Source of the DNA: Gemmatimonadales bacterium
GTDB lineage: Bacteria; Gemmatimonadota; Gemmatimonadetes; Gemmatimonadales; GWC2-71-9
Reading direction: 5' to 3'
Length of the DNA: 64,000 nucleotides
Assembly (NCBI GenBank): GCA_037189525.1
Contig: JBBCJC010000002.1
Location: forward strand, 448,001 to 512,000
Below are positions 21,184 to 31,478 of the stretch, piece by piece. Position numbers and translations under genes: made by a program. Position 1 is the stretch's first letter. Every line of letters starts with the position of its first letter. The notes below the pieces were generated by a model. It saw nothing but the letters and a program-made list of their open reading frames with translations, had not been told where the DNA came from and searched no databases.

Positions 21184-23025
21184 GTGGGGCAGGCTGGAGA
21201 TATTCTGAGGGGTTCGCGTACCCTCGCCTCGACCATAGAGGACTCTCTGCTACTCTTCTCGCTCCGCCTGATTCGTCCCTACCGCGGATGGCTGCTGATC
21301 GTGGCCGTGGCCTTGTTGGTCGAGACGGCCACCAGTCTGGCCTCCCCCTGGCCGCTCAAGATCGTGCTGGATTCCGTGCTCGATGGGCGCCCCGTGCCGG
21401 CCTCCTGGCATTGGATCACGGGTCCTGAACCGAGCCGGCTGTTGTTGCTCAATCTGGCGGCGGGGGCCACGGTCGTGATCGCCCTGCTCCAGGCGGGCAG
21501 CGCCTACGTCGCGGCCTACTATACGGTCAGCATCGGCCAGTGGATTGCCCATGATCTCCGCCAGAGCGTCTATGCCCACCTGCAGCGCCTCTCGATGTCC
21601 TATCACGAGCGGCAGAAGCAGGGTCCGCTGATCAGTACGATCACCGACGATATCAATGCGGTCCAGAACTTTGCCTCGACCTCGCTGCTCGATCTGCTGA
21701 TCGACACGTTGACGGTGGTCGGCATGCTGGCCATCATGTTTGCGATCAACTGGCGCTTTACCCTGGTGGCCCTGGCGGTGACGCCGCTCGTGGCCCTGTT
21801 CGTGATCCGTTTGCGCGGGGCGGTCCGGGAAGCAACCCACGACGTGCGGCGTCGCCAGAGTGAGATCGTCTCGGTGGTCCAGGAAGGACTGGGCGCGATT
21901 CGCGTGGTCAAAGCGTTTGCGCAGGGAGCGTTCGAACGGCAGCGGCTCGAGGTCAAGAGCCGAGAGAGCGTCGAAGCGGCCCTGCATGCCCGGCGAGTGC
22001 GGTCGTTGCTGGGGCCGGTGGTGACCTCGTTGACGGCGCTTGGCACGGCGGCGGTACTCTGGTTTGGCGCGAGGGAAGTGCTGGCGGGGGCCATGACGGC
22101 CGGGGCGCTGGTGATCTTCATCAACTATCTCGGTCGATTGTTCCGGCCCATCCAGGCAATTGCCCGGGCCAGTACCGATATTGCGCAGGCGGCGGTCGGG
22201 CTCGAGCGGGTGCGGGCGGTCCTCGATGCCGACGACCGTCTCCCTCGCGCGCCGAACGCGCGGCAGCTCGATCGGGTGGCGGGGCGCGTGGAGTTTCGGA
22301 ATGTCACCTTCGGCTATGATCCCGAGCGGCCGGTGCTCGAAGAGATCAACCTCGATGTGCAGCCCGGACAGTTGATCGGCCTGGTGGGCAAGAGCGGTAG
22401 CGGGAAATCCACGCTGGCCAGTCTGATTCCCCGGTTCTATGACCCCACTTCCGGTGTCGTCGCCATCGACGGTGAGGATATCCGTCAGGTCGGCATTCGG
22501 TCGCTCCGGCGCCAGATCGGATTCGTGCTGCAGGAAACCCAACTCTTCCACGCGCCGGTCTGGCAGAACATTGCGTACGGAAAACCGGACGCGACGCGAG
22601 AGGAAATCGTCAACGCTGCCACGCTGGCACAGGCGCATCAGTTCATCGAGGCGCTTCCCGAGGGCTACGATACGATCGTCGGGCAGGGGGGACAGCCCCT
22701 CTCGGGCGGCCAGCGGCAGCGGCTCGGCATAGCCCGCGCGATGGTGCGGGGCGCGCCGATCCTGATCCTGGACGAGCCGACCTCCGGCCTGGACCTGGAG
22801 AGCGAGCGGCTGGTCTTCGAGGGGCTCAACCGGCTGCGAGCCGGCCGCACCACGTTCGTGATTGCGCACCGACTGGCCACGATTCGCAACGCCGATCAGA
22901 TCGTCGTGCTCGAGGCCGGCCGGATTGCCGAACGCGGACGACATGATGAACTGATCGCGGCCAACGGCATCTACGCTGCGTTGTACGCATCGCAAGCCGC
23001 CGTTGCGCCGGGAACGCTGCTATGA
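21184..23025 (+). CDS. ABC exporter, fused permease/ATPase
   Basis: Multi-TM N domain, Walker A GKSGSGKS, LSGGQRQR, ILDE, AHRL; start codon uncertain. Confidence 0.92.
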   Translation: MGQAGDILRGSRTLASTIEDSLLLFSLRLIRPYRGWLLIVAVALLVETATSLASPWPLKIVLDSVLDGRPVPASWHWITGPEPSRLLLLNLAAGATVVIALLQAGSAYVAAYYTVSIGQWIAHDLRQSVYAHLQRLSMSYHERQKQGPLISTITDDINAVQNFASTSLLDLLIDTLTVVGMLAIMFAINWRFTLVALAVTPLVALFVIRLRGAVREATHDVRRRQSEIVSVVQEGLGAIRVVKAFAQGAFERQRLEVKSRESVEAALHARRVRSLLGPVVTSLTALGTAAVLWFGAREVLAGAMTAGALVIFINYLGRLFRPIQAIARASTDIAQAAVGLERVRAVLDADDRLPRAPNARQLDRVAGRVEFRNVTFGYDPERPVLEEINLDVQPGQLIGLVGKSGSGKSTLASLIPRFYDPTSGVVAIDGEDIRQVGIRSLRRQIGFVLQETQLFHAPVWQNIAYGKPDATREEIVNAATLAQAHQFIEALPEGYDTIVGQGGQPLSGGQRQRLGIARAMVRGAPILILDEPTSGLDLESERLVFEGLNRLRAGRTTFVIAHRLATIRNADQIVVLEAGRIAERGRHDELIAANGIYAALYASQAAVAPGTLL

Positions 23026-23055
23026 TCGAAAACGCCTCGATCGGATAGAGACGCC

Positions 23056-23388
23056 ATGAATGCCTCGACGACCGCACCGTACTGCGTCGTGCAGACCACC
23101 GTAGCCGACCCCGAGCAGGCCGAAGCGCTCGCGCGCGCCATCGTCGACGCCAAACTCGGCGCCTGCGTCCAGGTCCAGCCGATCCGGAGTTACTACACCT
23201 GGGAGGGCGCGGCGCGCGCCGATGACGAACAGCTCCTGACCATCAAAACGCGCGGAGCCTGCTATCAGGCGCTCGAATCGCTGCTGCTGGCCCGTCACCC
23301 CTACGAGGTACCCGAGATCATCGCACTCCCGATGACCGAAGGATCGGCCGCCTATCTCGCCTGGATCGACGAGGTGACCGCGCACTGA
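23056..23388 (+). CDS. cutA: Divalent-cation tolerance protein CutA
   Basis: LGACVQ..IRSYYTWEG..E..L.IKT..HPYEVPEII..YLAWI. Confidence 0.92.
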   Translation: MNASTTAPYCVVQTTVADPEQAEALARAIVDAKLGACVQVQPIRSYYTWEGAARADDEQLLTIKTRGACYQALESLLLARHPYEVPEIIALPMTEGSAAYLAWIDEVTAH

Positions 23389-23461
23389 TCATATCCGGGT
23401 CTACCATCGCGCGCCGTGTTCCGTTTTCTTCCGTTGCCCTCGTCATGAAACGGAGCAGGAC

Positions 23462-24238
23462 ATGGTGCGACGCGGAGCGACCCTGGCGATGGCCGTCCTG
23501 AGCGCGACGGCTCCGCTTGCAGCGCAGAACGATGCGGACGACAAGAGTGAATCACTCGCGGTCAACTTCGGGATCGTCAACGCGGCGGGCAACACGAGTT
23601 CGACGATCATCAATGTCGGGAACCGCTTCGTGGTCGATCCCCGGGAATCGAAGTTCAAGTTCACCCAGACCTTCAACGCCGTGAAGAGCGCGGCGGGTAA
23701 CACGGCCTCGGCCGCCAACTATCGGGCCCAGCTCCGGTTCGATCGCGGCCTGGGCGAGCGCTTCTATCTCTTTGCCATGACGGGGTGGGAGCGCAATGTC
23801 CCGGCGGGTCTGGGCCGTCGATTCGAGGAAACGGTCGGGCTGGCCTATCAGGTGCTGTCGACCAAGACCGACCGACTCGGTGTGGAAAGCGGAATCTCCT
23901 TCTACCAGCAGAGCACCATCGAAGCAGGGCGCGAGGAACCGGTCGATGACGAGTATGTGGCCGGTCGTCTCGCAGGCCGGTACCGCCGCGCGCTGGTCGG
24001 CGCCGCATTTCTGCTGCAGGAGGTGGAGTTCATTCCGAACTTCGAAGTTCACCATGACTTCCGCATCAATACCGAGACGGCGCTGGTTGCCCCGATTTCG
24101 GGCACCCTCGGCCTCAAACTGGGCTATACATTTCGCTACGACAACATGCCCGGGCAACTCGCCACGCCGCATGAATCCGGAAACCGTCTCCGGAAATCGG
24201 ATCGATTGCTCACGGCGGGGTTGCGGTTGACGTACTAG
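23462..24238 (+). CDS. DUF481-like outer-membrane beta-barrel
   Basis: Signal peptide, GNTSS motif, alternating beta pattern, C-terminal aromatic residue. Confidence 0.75.
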   Translation: MVRRGATLAMAVLSATAPLAAQNDADDKSESLAVNFGIVNAAGNTSSTIINVGNRFVVDPRESKFKFTQTFNAVKSAAGNTASAANYRAQLRFDRGLGERFYLFAMTGWERNVPAGLGRRFEETVGLAYQVLSTKTDRLGVESGISFYQQSTIEAGREEPVDDEYVAGRLAGRYRRALVGAAFLLQEVEFIPNFEVHHDFRINTETALVAPISGTLGLKLGYTFRYDNMPGQLATPHESGNRLRKSDRLLTAGLRLTY

Positions 24239-24329
24239 CCGCACGGAGGGCGCGGGGCTGGACTATTGACGGATCCGCGTTCGGGGGCGAAGCTCAGGTA
24301 GCGAACCCCGAGCTGAAGGAGCCGCCCCT

Positions 24330-24956
24330 ATGTGCCGGTATGCTCTGATTGCCGTTGCTGCCCTGGCAGGCGCTGATGTGATGGAGGCGCAGGCGCCACG
24401 CGTGGCTGCCGCCGTGGATCTTCGCAGTCTCTCGAACGGAATGGATCCCTCGGTCGGCGTCATGGTCCAGGCCGCGCTGGTACGCGCTCGCAACGAGCGT
24501 GGATCCATTGCGCTAGGTCCGGAGGTGATTTTCCACTATCAAGGCGTCGACCGCGGCGCGCCGTGTTCCACCGATCGGACGGTGGCGTGTGAACGCCTGC
24601 TCGAGTCGATGGCGGGCGGAGTGGGCCTCCGCGCAGAGTACCGGGGCCGTCTCGGCGGACTCCGGACCTATGGGTTCGTCGTACCGGGGCTGGGATTGGC
24701 CTTTCGTCGCCGCGATTTGAACTTCGACGACTGTCCGCGGCCGCCGATGGCGCCGCTCAGGGGAATGCCGGGCATCTGTATGGGACGAGGGCTGGTCGAG
24801 GAACGGACTCTCGCCGGCAGCATCATGATGGGCGGCGGTGCAGGCGTCGAAGTCGATCTCGGAAAGCCGCTGATGTTCATCGAAAGCGGATTCCGCGCAT
24901 CGGCGGGGAACATCAAGTCGCTCTGGACCCCGATTGCCATAGGGGTCCGCTGGTAG
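24330..24956 (+). CDS. Hypothetical secreted/outer-membrane beta-barrel protein
   Basis: AAGGAG SD, signal peptide, C-terminal PIAIGVRW beta-signal. Confidence 0.65.
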   Translation: MCRYALIAVAALAGADVMEAQAPRVAAAVDLRSLSNGMDPSVGVMVQAALVRARNERGSIALGPEVIFHYQGVDRGAPCSTDRTVACERLLESMAGGVGLRAEYRGRLGGLRTYGFVVPGLGLAFRRRDLNFDDCPRPPMAPLRGMPGICMGRGLVEERTLAGSIMMGGGAGVEVDLGKPLMFIESGFRASAGNIKSLWTPIAIGVRW

Positions 24957-25116
24957 TCGTCGCCCTGCCATCGCGCAGGACGATCGAGCGCCAGGCACGC
25001 ATAATCGGACCGCCGGACCAACCGGACATGATGGCAGGCGGGCTGCCTCGATCGCGGACCGATCGAACGTCGCCGCCGGATGCTGTATACCCGATGCAAT
25101 AACATTAGGAGGAGAC

Positions 25117-25503
25117 ATGACCGGAGCCTACAAACCGAGCGGTTATCCCTCGGTCGCGCCGTACCTGATCGTCGACGGCGCGGCAGCGACGATCGATTTC
25201 CTGATCGGCGCGCTCGATGCCGTGGCAATCCGGCAGTTTGCTGCGCCCGACGGTCGGATCATGCATGCGGAAGTCCGCATCGATGATACCGTCGTGATGG
25301 TTGCTGACAGCGCTCCAGGTTGGCCGGCCATGGCGGCCCATGTGCATGTGTACGTGAAGGACGTCGATACGACCTATCGGCGCGCCCTGACCGCCGGGGC
25401 GACCTCGGTGCAGGAGCCGGTCAAGAAGGAAGATGAAGACAAGCGAGGCGGGGTGCGGGATAGCGGAGGAACCACCTGGTGGATCGCGACCCGAATCGGC
25501 TGA
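25117..25503 (+). CDS. VOC / PhnB-like glyoxalase family protein
   Basis: AGGAGG SD; SVAPYLIV.GA..IDF, IMHAEVRI.D, HVYV.DVD, RGGVRD..G.TWWIAT. Confidence 0.9.
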   Translation: MTGAYKPSGYPSVAPYLIVDGAAATIDFLIGALDAVAIRQFAAPDGRIMHAEVRIDDTVVMVADSAPGWPAMAAHVHVYVKDVDTTYRRALTAGATSVQEPVKKEDEDKRGGVRDSGGTTWWIATRIG

Positions 25504-25542
25504 CGTCCCGGTAACGCACCGCGGGCGGGGGCCTCGCTACCA

Positions 25543-25607
25543 ACTCCCCTTGCTTACCGAGATGAAGAATCGTAGCTTGGATCATCATCTCGGTTACCGT
25601 GGGGAGT
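25543..25607 (+). promoter_or_regulatory. sigma70-like promoter embedded in a long inverted repeat (putative PadR operators)
   Basis: TTGCTT(25550)-N17-TAGCTT(25573); arms ACTCCCC..ACCGAGATGA / TCATCTCGGT..GGGGAGT. Confidence 0.6.
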
Positions 25608-25613
25608 CGCGCG

Positions 25614-25949
25614 ATGAGTCGTCCCGCCGATCTGGTGCAGGGCACCCTGGACCTCCTGATCCTCAAGTTGCTGGCGCTCGAGCCGCTCAACGGCTGGTCG
25701 ATCAGCCTGCGACTCAAGCAACTCTCGTCCGATGTGTTGCAGGTCAGCGACGGCTCGCTCTATCCCGCACTGCATAAACTGGAACAACAGGGCTGGATCA
25801 AAGCCGAGTGGCGTGTCACGGAAAACAATCGCCGAGCGCGGTTCTATTCGTTGACGCGGCCGGGGCGACGCCGGCTCGAGCAGGAACGGCAGCAGTGGGA
25901 GCGGTTGTCGGGCGCCATCCACGCCGTCGTCTCGTTGCGGGAGGCATGA
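25614..25949 (+). CDS. PadR-family regulator (TIGR03433 type)
   Basis: LVQGTLDLLILK..GSLYPALHKLEQQGWI.AEW..TENNRRARFY. Confidence 0.92.
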   Translation: MSRPADLVQGTLDLLILKLLALEPLNGWSISLRLKQLSSDVLQVSDGSLYPALHKLEQQGWIKAEWRVTENNRRARFYSLTRPGRRRLEQERQQWERLSGAIHAVVSLREA

Positions 25950-28670
25950 GTGCTCGCCGAACTGGAGCGCCGGCTCCGCGTCGCGGGTTTGCGCCTCCGG
26001 TCGATTTGGCGCGGCAAGCGGTACGATGGCGAACTCGACGACGAGCTGCACGAACACATCGAGCGACTCACCGAACAGTATCGTGAACGCGGCATCCCGT
26101 CCGCCGAGGCCAGGCGTCGCGCCCGGGCGGCGATGGGCGGGGTGACGCGGCAGCGGGAAGAAATGCGTGATGCCCGCGGCTTTCGGCCGCTGGCCGACCT
26201 GGGTCGTGATCTCCGCTACGCCTTCCGATCGCTGCGACGCACTCCCGGGTTCACGACGGTTGCCATCGGAACTCTGAGTGTCGGTATCGCCGCGGCGGCA
26301 ACCATCTTCAGCCTGGTCGATGCGGCGCTCTTCCGTCCTCCGCCGTTTTCCGGTGCCGATCGGCTCATGATCCTCAATGTGACGCAGCAGCCGGCGACCG
26401 GAGGACTCTGGCGGATGCGCTGGTCGTGGCCTCGGCTGCGTCTGCTCATGGAGGAGGCCAAGTCCTTCCAGGCCATCGCCTCGAGTTCCAACGTGGTCGT
26501 CACTCTGACCGGCGGCGACGAACCCGAACCGCTGGATCTGGAGATCGTCTCGTCCCGCTACTTCGACGTGATGGGCGCTCCGCTGGCGCGGGGGCGGGGC
26601 TTCAGCCGGACCGACGACGATCCCTCCTCCGCGGCGCCGATCGTCGTGCTGGGCCATCGCTACTGGCGCGATCGCCTCGAGAGCCGAGCCGACCTGATCG
26701 GCAGCACGGTGCAGCTCAACGGGATTGCGGTCGTGGTCGTCGGGGTTGCCGCGCCCGGATTTGCTGGTCTGTCCGGACAGGCGCATGCCTGGCTTCCGGT
26801 TGGCCTCGCGCCGCTCGTGTCGTATGCCGACTACCTCGACACCAATCAGAATTTCATTACGGCCATCGGACGGCTGCGTCCCGGCGTTCGATACGCCGAG
26901 GCTGATGCCGAGCTGGCGGTACTCGGTCGGCGGATCCATGAGCGGATTCCCAGTGAGGCCGACAGTCCGGACGATCGCTTTGCCGCCTCGGCGATGTCGC
27001 TCAATCAGGCGCGGGTCGACGGCGACACGGCGCGCGCACTGCTGTTGCTGGCCGGCGCGGCCGGAGTCCTCCTGCTGATTGCCTGCGCCAATGTCGCCAG
27101 CTTGTTGCTTGGACGTGCAGCAACCAGACGGCGCGAAATCGGAATTCGTCTTGCCATCGGAGCCGACCGGCGCCGTGTGGTCCGGCAGCTCCTCGCCGAG
27201 AGTGGTGTGCTCGCCGTGGCGGCGGGGGGACTGGGTCTCGGTTTGGCCGCGGGCGCCATGTCGGTGCTGCGTATCCCCGCCACGGCCGCGAGCTGGAGCA
27301 ATTCGTTCGGCGCCATCGGCGAGTTTGCGACGCCCGCACTCGATTGGCGGGTAGTGCTGTTCGGGATCATCGTCAGCGCAACTACCGTGTTCCTGGTCGG
27401 CCTGGTTCCGGCCTATCGCGCCACGCGTACCGATGTCGTCACCGACCTCACGCTTACGCCCCGTACCGGGTTTGCCGGCCGGCGGCTCGGCCTGCGGGAA
27501 GCGATGGTGGCGCTGCAGCTGGGCATGGCGATCGTGCTTCTGGTCGGCTGCGGACTCCTGCTGGCCAGTTACGCGCGTGTGAGGGATACGCCGGTAGGTT
27601 TCGATCCGGCTCGGCTGCTGACGTTCATGATCCGCCCCTCGGAAGTCCAGTATCCCCCCGAGGCGGCGGGGGCTTTGATCGATCGCGTCCTCGAGGAGGT
27701 CGGTCGTGTCCCCGGCGTCGAGGCGGCGTCGGTCGACGGCTGCGCTCCGCTCGCTTCGCAATGCGCCAGCGCGCTGCTGCGCATCGTGGGACAGGAAAAT
27801 GCCGCGAATCCGCCCGGCGTCTTCCGACACTATGTCGGTCCCGATCATTTCCGGACCCTCGGCATCCCGGTCGAAGAGGGACGAGCGTTGCTGCCGACCG
27901 ATCGTGCCGGAACGCCGCCCGTAGTCGTGATCAATCGAGCCGCCGCCGATCGGTTCTGGCCGGGGCGCAGTCCGATCGGCCAGCGGGTCTGGTTCGACGG
28001 AGCGGCATCGTATGGTCGGCCGGAGCTGAGCGCCGAAGTCGTGGGTGTGGTTGCCGACGTCGCGTACCGGCCCGTCGATCAGGGCCCGCCGCCACCCAGT
28101 TTCTTCACCCCGTATTCCCAATTCACCTACGCCCATCGCATGGTGCTGGTTCGCGCTGCGGGCGATCCGCGCGCGCTCGTTCCCGCCATTGGGCAAGCGG
28201 TGCGGCGCGCCGATCCCTCCCTGGCGCTGTTCGATGTGCGGACCATGGATGAGCGGGCCCGTTCTGCCTGGTCCAAGCGATCGTTCCAGACGATGGTGCT
28301 GGGCGCGGTGGCGTCGATTGCCCTGCTATTGTCGGTCGCGGGAGTGTACGCGGTTACGACCTACTTCGTTGCCAGCCGGCGTCGGGAGATCGGGATGCAT
28401 CTGGCGTTGGGGGCGTCCCGTGCGCAGGTAACGCGTGCATCGTTGGGGCAAACCATCAGACTTGGGGTGGCCGGCATCGGGCTCGGGTTGATTGGGGCCG
28501 TCATCGTGGCGCAACTGATGCGCGCCTGGCTCTATCAGACTCCGGTCTTCGACCCCTTGGTGTTCGGAGCCGTGGTATTGGTACTCCTGATCGCGCTCGT
28601 CGTGGCAACACTCGGCCCGGTGCGGCGTGCGCTGCGCGTGGACCCGATGGAGGTGCTGCGTTGCGACTGA
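25950..28670 (+). CDS. Duplicated orphan ABC permease (ADOP)
   Basis: ELDDEL.EH prefix, DLRYAFRSLRRTPGF, LLIACANVASLLL, REIG..LALGA twice, RRALRVDPMEVLR. Confidence 0.92.
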   Translation: MLAELERRLRVAGLRLRSIWRGKRYDGELDDELHEHIERLTEQYRERGIPSAEARRRARAAMGGVTRQREEMRDARGFRPLADLGRDLRYAFRSLRRTPGFTTVAIGTLSVGIAAAATIFSLVDAALFRPPPFSGADRLMILNVTQQPATGGLWRMRWSWPRLRLLMEEAKSFQAIASSSNVVVTLTGGDEPEPLDLEIVSSRYFDVMGAPLARGRGFSRTDDDPSSAAPIVVLGHRYWRDRLESRADLIGSTVQLNGIAVVVVGVAAPGFAGLSGQAHAWLPVGLAPLVSYADYLDTNQNFITAIGRLRPGVRYAEADAELAVLGRRIHERIPSEADSPDDRFAASAMSLNQARVDGDTARALLLLAGAAGVLLLIACANVASLLLGRAATRRREIGIRLAIGADRRRVVRQLLAESGVLAVAAGGLGLGLAAGAMSVLRIPATAASWSNSFGAIGEFATPALDWRVVLFGIIVSATTVFLVGLVPAYRATRTDVVTDLTLTPRTGFAGRRLGLREAMVALQLGMAIVLLVGCGLLLASYARVRDTPVGFDPARLLTFMIRPSEVQYPPEAAGALIDRVLEEVGRVPGVEAASVDGCAPLASQCASALLRIVGQENAANPPGVFRHYVGPDHFRTLGIPVEEGRALLPTDRAGTPPVVVINRAAADRFWPGRSPIGQRVWFDGAASYGRPELSAEVVGVVADVAYRPVDQGPPPPSFFTPYSQFTYAHRMVLVRAAGDPRALVPAIGQAVRRADPSLALFDVRTMDERARSAWSKRSFQTMVLGAVASIALLLSVAGVYAVTTYFVASRRREIGMHLALGASRAQVTRASLGQTIRLGVAGIGLGLIGAVIVAQLMRAWLYQTPVFDPLVFGAVVLVLLIALVVATLGPVRRALRVDPMEVLRCD

Positions 28671-29395
28671 GCATCCCGAATGATCTGCTCGATGCCGTCA
28701 GAGCTGATGATGACGGCTACGTTCGTGACCGGGTGCGTGCCGATTCCGCCCTCGTCCACGCAACCGATGACCATGCCAAGACGTTGTTGCACTGGGCGGC
28801 GGAGTTTGATCGAGCGGCGCTCGCAGCGGTTCTGCTCGATGCCGGAGCGGATCTGGAAGCCAGGACTTCCTGGGGCGCCACTCCGTTCGATTGGGCGGCG
28901 ACGATGGGTTCCGGCCATGTGGCCGACCTGCTGCTCGACCGCGGCGCGACCGGACTGTCGCTGGTGACGGCCGCGGCGTTAGGCAGGCTGGGGTATGTTC
29001 GCGAGGTCGTCGAAGGGGGCGCTGATCTGTCGATGCACCGCCGGCGTGGCGCACCCGATGGACCCACGAGTGAGTGGCCCGCCGACACGGCCTGGGCTCG
29101 GGGCGATGTGCTCTCGGATGCACTTCATGCCGCGACCCGGAACGGCCAGACGGCGGTCGTGGAATACCTCGCCGATCGCGGCGCCGACATCGATGCGACG
29201 GGCTTCTTCGGCGCGACGGGCCTGCATTGGGCCGCGATTCGCGGTCATCGCGACACGGTGGCGTTCCTGCTGGCTCGAGGCGCCGTCCTCGACCGCCGCG
29301 ATGCCCGATTTGGCGCGACGGCCGAAGGCTGGGCACGGGAAGGCGGACACGACGCGATCGCCGAGATACTCGGTAGCCACGGCACCCGAGAGTAG
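28661..29395 (+). CDS. Ankyrin-repeat protein
   Basis: TLLHWAA, GATPFDWAA, ALHAA..G, GATGLHWAA repeats; TTG start 7 nt after GGAGG inside the ADOP 3' end. Confidence 0.85.
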   Translation: MRLSIPNDLLDAVRADDDGYVRDRVRADSALVHATDDHAKTLLHWAAEFDRAALAAVLLDAGADLEARTSWGATPFDWAATMGSGHVADLLLDRGATGLSLVTAAALGRLGYVREVVEGGADLSMHRRRGAPDGPTSEWPADTAWARGDVLSDALHAATRNGQTAVVEYLADRGADIDATGFFGATGLHWAAIRGHRDTVAFLLARGAVLDRRDARFGATAEGWAREGGHDAIAEILGSHGTRE

Positions 29396-29423
29396 CTTAG
29401 GCGCCCGTAGCTGGATCGCGTTC

Positions 29424-30350
29424 TCACCCCGGTCCGCTCGTCACCTCTTCGTAGGCTACCGTCAAAGCATCCCGAGGGTTCGCCGAGCCGAACGGCCCGA
29501 ACGCTTCGAACCCGGCCAGCGGCTCCCGCAGCGCGAGGACCTCGGTGCGTGACTTGCCGGCCTTGACCTGGGTGCGCACGAATTCGAGCAGCGCGGTGAG
29601 ATAGTTGCGGAACTGTCCCAACTCCGCCTGACTGCCGGTGACCGGCAGATCCGATCGGGCATGGCCGAAGATGTAGATCGTATCCGAGGCATGGTCCCCG
29701 GGTACCCGCTCGAGCATCGCGATCCAGTTGGCGATGCTCGCCCCGGCGCCGCGGTCGACGACCGGATGCCGGCCGTTGAAGAGCAGATCGCCCATGTGCG
29801 CCACGTTGGCGCGTTCGAACGTGATGACGGCGTCGCCGCTGGTGTGCGCGCGCCCGTAGTGGCGGGCGATGATGCGCTCGTCGCCCACGTCGGTGCGCCA
29901 GCTGTCACTGAACGTCGTGTCCGGAAACAGCGCTTCGGCTGGCACCTGCCCACCAGGCGGCTGGCGCATGTGCTCATCCGCTTTGGCGTGGGCAACCACG
30001 CGTTTGGCGGCGCCCTTGAAGGAAATGTTCCCGCCGCTGTGGTCGCCGTGATGATGGGTATTGATCAGGACGTCGATGGCCCGACCGTTCGACCGTTGAT
30101 TGAGCCCCTCGAGACACGCCTTGGCCTCGGCGGGAAACTGGCTGTCGACCACGGCCACGGCTGCCGGGTCGATCAGGTAGCCGATCGTGCCGCCCCGCAT
30201 CGTGAAATAGCCGACGTTCCGGCGGAGGGCTGTGAACACCGGTTGTGCCGGCGGCGGCTGTATCATCCGGGCAAACCCCGGCCGAGCGATGGCGCTCGCG
30301 GCGGCCGCCGCGGCGGAACTCGCCAGAAAATCGCGACGGGACATCGGCAT
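29424..30350 (-). CDS. Tat-exported MBL-fold metallo-hydrolase (cyclase-like)
   Basis: SRRDFL Tat motif, THHHGDHSGGN, AHTSGD, HMGDL, GH. Confidence 0.9.
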   Translation of the reverse strand: MPMSRRDFLASSAAAAAASAIARPGFARMIQPPPAQPVFTALRRNVGYFTMRGGTIGYLIDPAAVAVVDSQFPAEAKACLEGLNQRSNGRAIDVLINTHHHGDHSGGNISFKGAAKRVVAHAKADEHMRQPPGGQVPAEALFPDTTFSDSWRTDVGDERIIARHYGRAHTSGDAVITFERANVAHMGDLLFNGRHPVVDRGAGASIANWIAMLERVPGDHASDTIYIFGHARSDLPVTGSQAELGQFRNYLTALLEFVRTQVKAGKSRTEVLALREPLAGFEAFGPFGSANPRDALTVAYEEVTSGPG

Positions 30351-30631
30351 ACGGGCCTCCTGACACGTGGGACGTGGGCGAGCCGGCGTTACGGGGATTG
30401 GCAGGGCCGGTAGAGGAACGCTAGGGCGTGATTCTGTTGCGGGCAAGATGGGCCCAGGGGGCGCCTCCAGACGGTCTGGACCGGTTGCCGCCGATGCGGA
30501 CGCGTTGAATCCGGAGCCAGATCCTGTTCGTATGACGACAACACACCTGATCGGCTTCCCCGGTGGCGCGGCGACCAGCGAGAGCGATATCATCGCTACG
30601 CGGACCATGGGCGGATCGCGGAGGGCACTCG

Positions 30632-31393
30632 ATGGAGATACGGGTCGAACCGGCTGACCTCGTAGTGATCGGCGAGCTTCGGGATGCCTATCGACGTGAG
30701 ATGGCCTGCCAGATCATTCACGATTCGATCCACCAGCGGCACGGCTGGACCGTCGAGTACGCCATTTGGACCGGCGAAACCTTGGTCGGATACGGTTCCG
30801 TCGCGGTCGCCGGCCCGTGGGCGGATGACCCCGTTGTCTACGAGTACTACCTGACCCCCTCCGCGCGGATGGATGCGTTCCGTCTGTTCGAATGTTTCCT
30901 TCGGGCAGCACGGGTCCGCGCCATCGAGATGCAGAGCAACGATGTCCTAGGCACGGCCATGCTGTACGCCTTTGCCGAAGGAGTATTTTCCGAGTCGGTG
31001 CTGTTCGAGGACGGCATCACCACCAGTTGGGCGCCCGAGGGAGCGATATTCCGGCATCCCACAGCCGCTGAAGAGCCGGATTTGTCGGCGGATGTCCGAC
31101 GCTGGCGCGGCGTGGTCGAACTGGGTGGGGTCGTCGCGGCAACCGGAGGCGTGCTGTTCCACTACAATCCGCCGTACGGCGACGTCTACATGGACGTCGC
31201 CGAAGGATACCGACGGCTGGGGCTTGGGACGTTTCTGGTGCAGGAACTCAAGCGACTCTGCCATCAGAGCGGACGGATCCCTGGAGCGCGATGTCGAATC
31301 GCCAACGTCGCGTCGCGCGGCACGCTGCAGAAGGCGGGGTTTGTTCCCTGCGGCCACTTGCTGCGCGGCGTGATCCGGAATGGGCCGACCTGA
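30632..31393 (+). CDS. GNAT family acetyltransferase
   Basis: GGAGG SD; C-terminal DVAEGYRRLGLGTFL..NVASRGTLQKAGF. Confidence 0.8.
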   Translation: MEIRVEPADLVVIGELRDAYRREMACQIIHDSIHQRHGWTVEYAIWTGETLVGYGSVAVAGPWADDPVVYEYYLTPSARMDAFRLFECFLRAARVRAIEMQSNDVLGTAMLYAFAEGVFSESVLFEDGITTSWAPEGAIFRHPTAAEEPDLSADVRRWRGVVELGGVVAATGGVLFHYNPPYGDVYMDVAEGYRRLGLGTFLVQELKRLCHQSGRIPGARCRIANVASRGTLQKAGFVPCGHLLRGVIRNGPT

Positions 31394-31478
31394 TTCGCAA
31401 CGATTCCGTACGCGCGGGTGTCTCATTGACCGAACCGCCGGTCCGCCGTTTCGTCCCGACCATTTTGAGGAGTCATCC

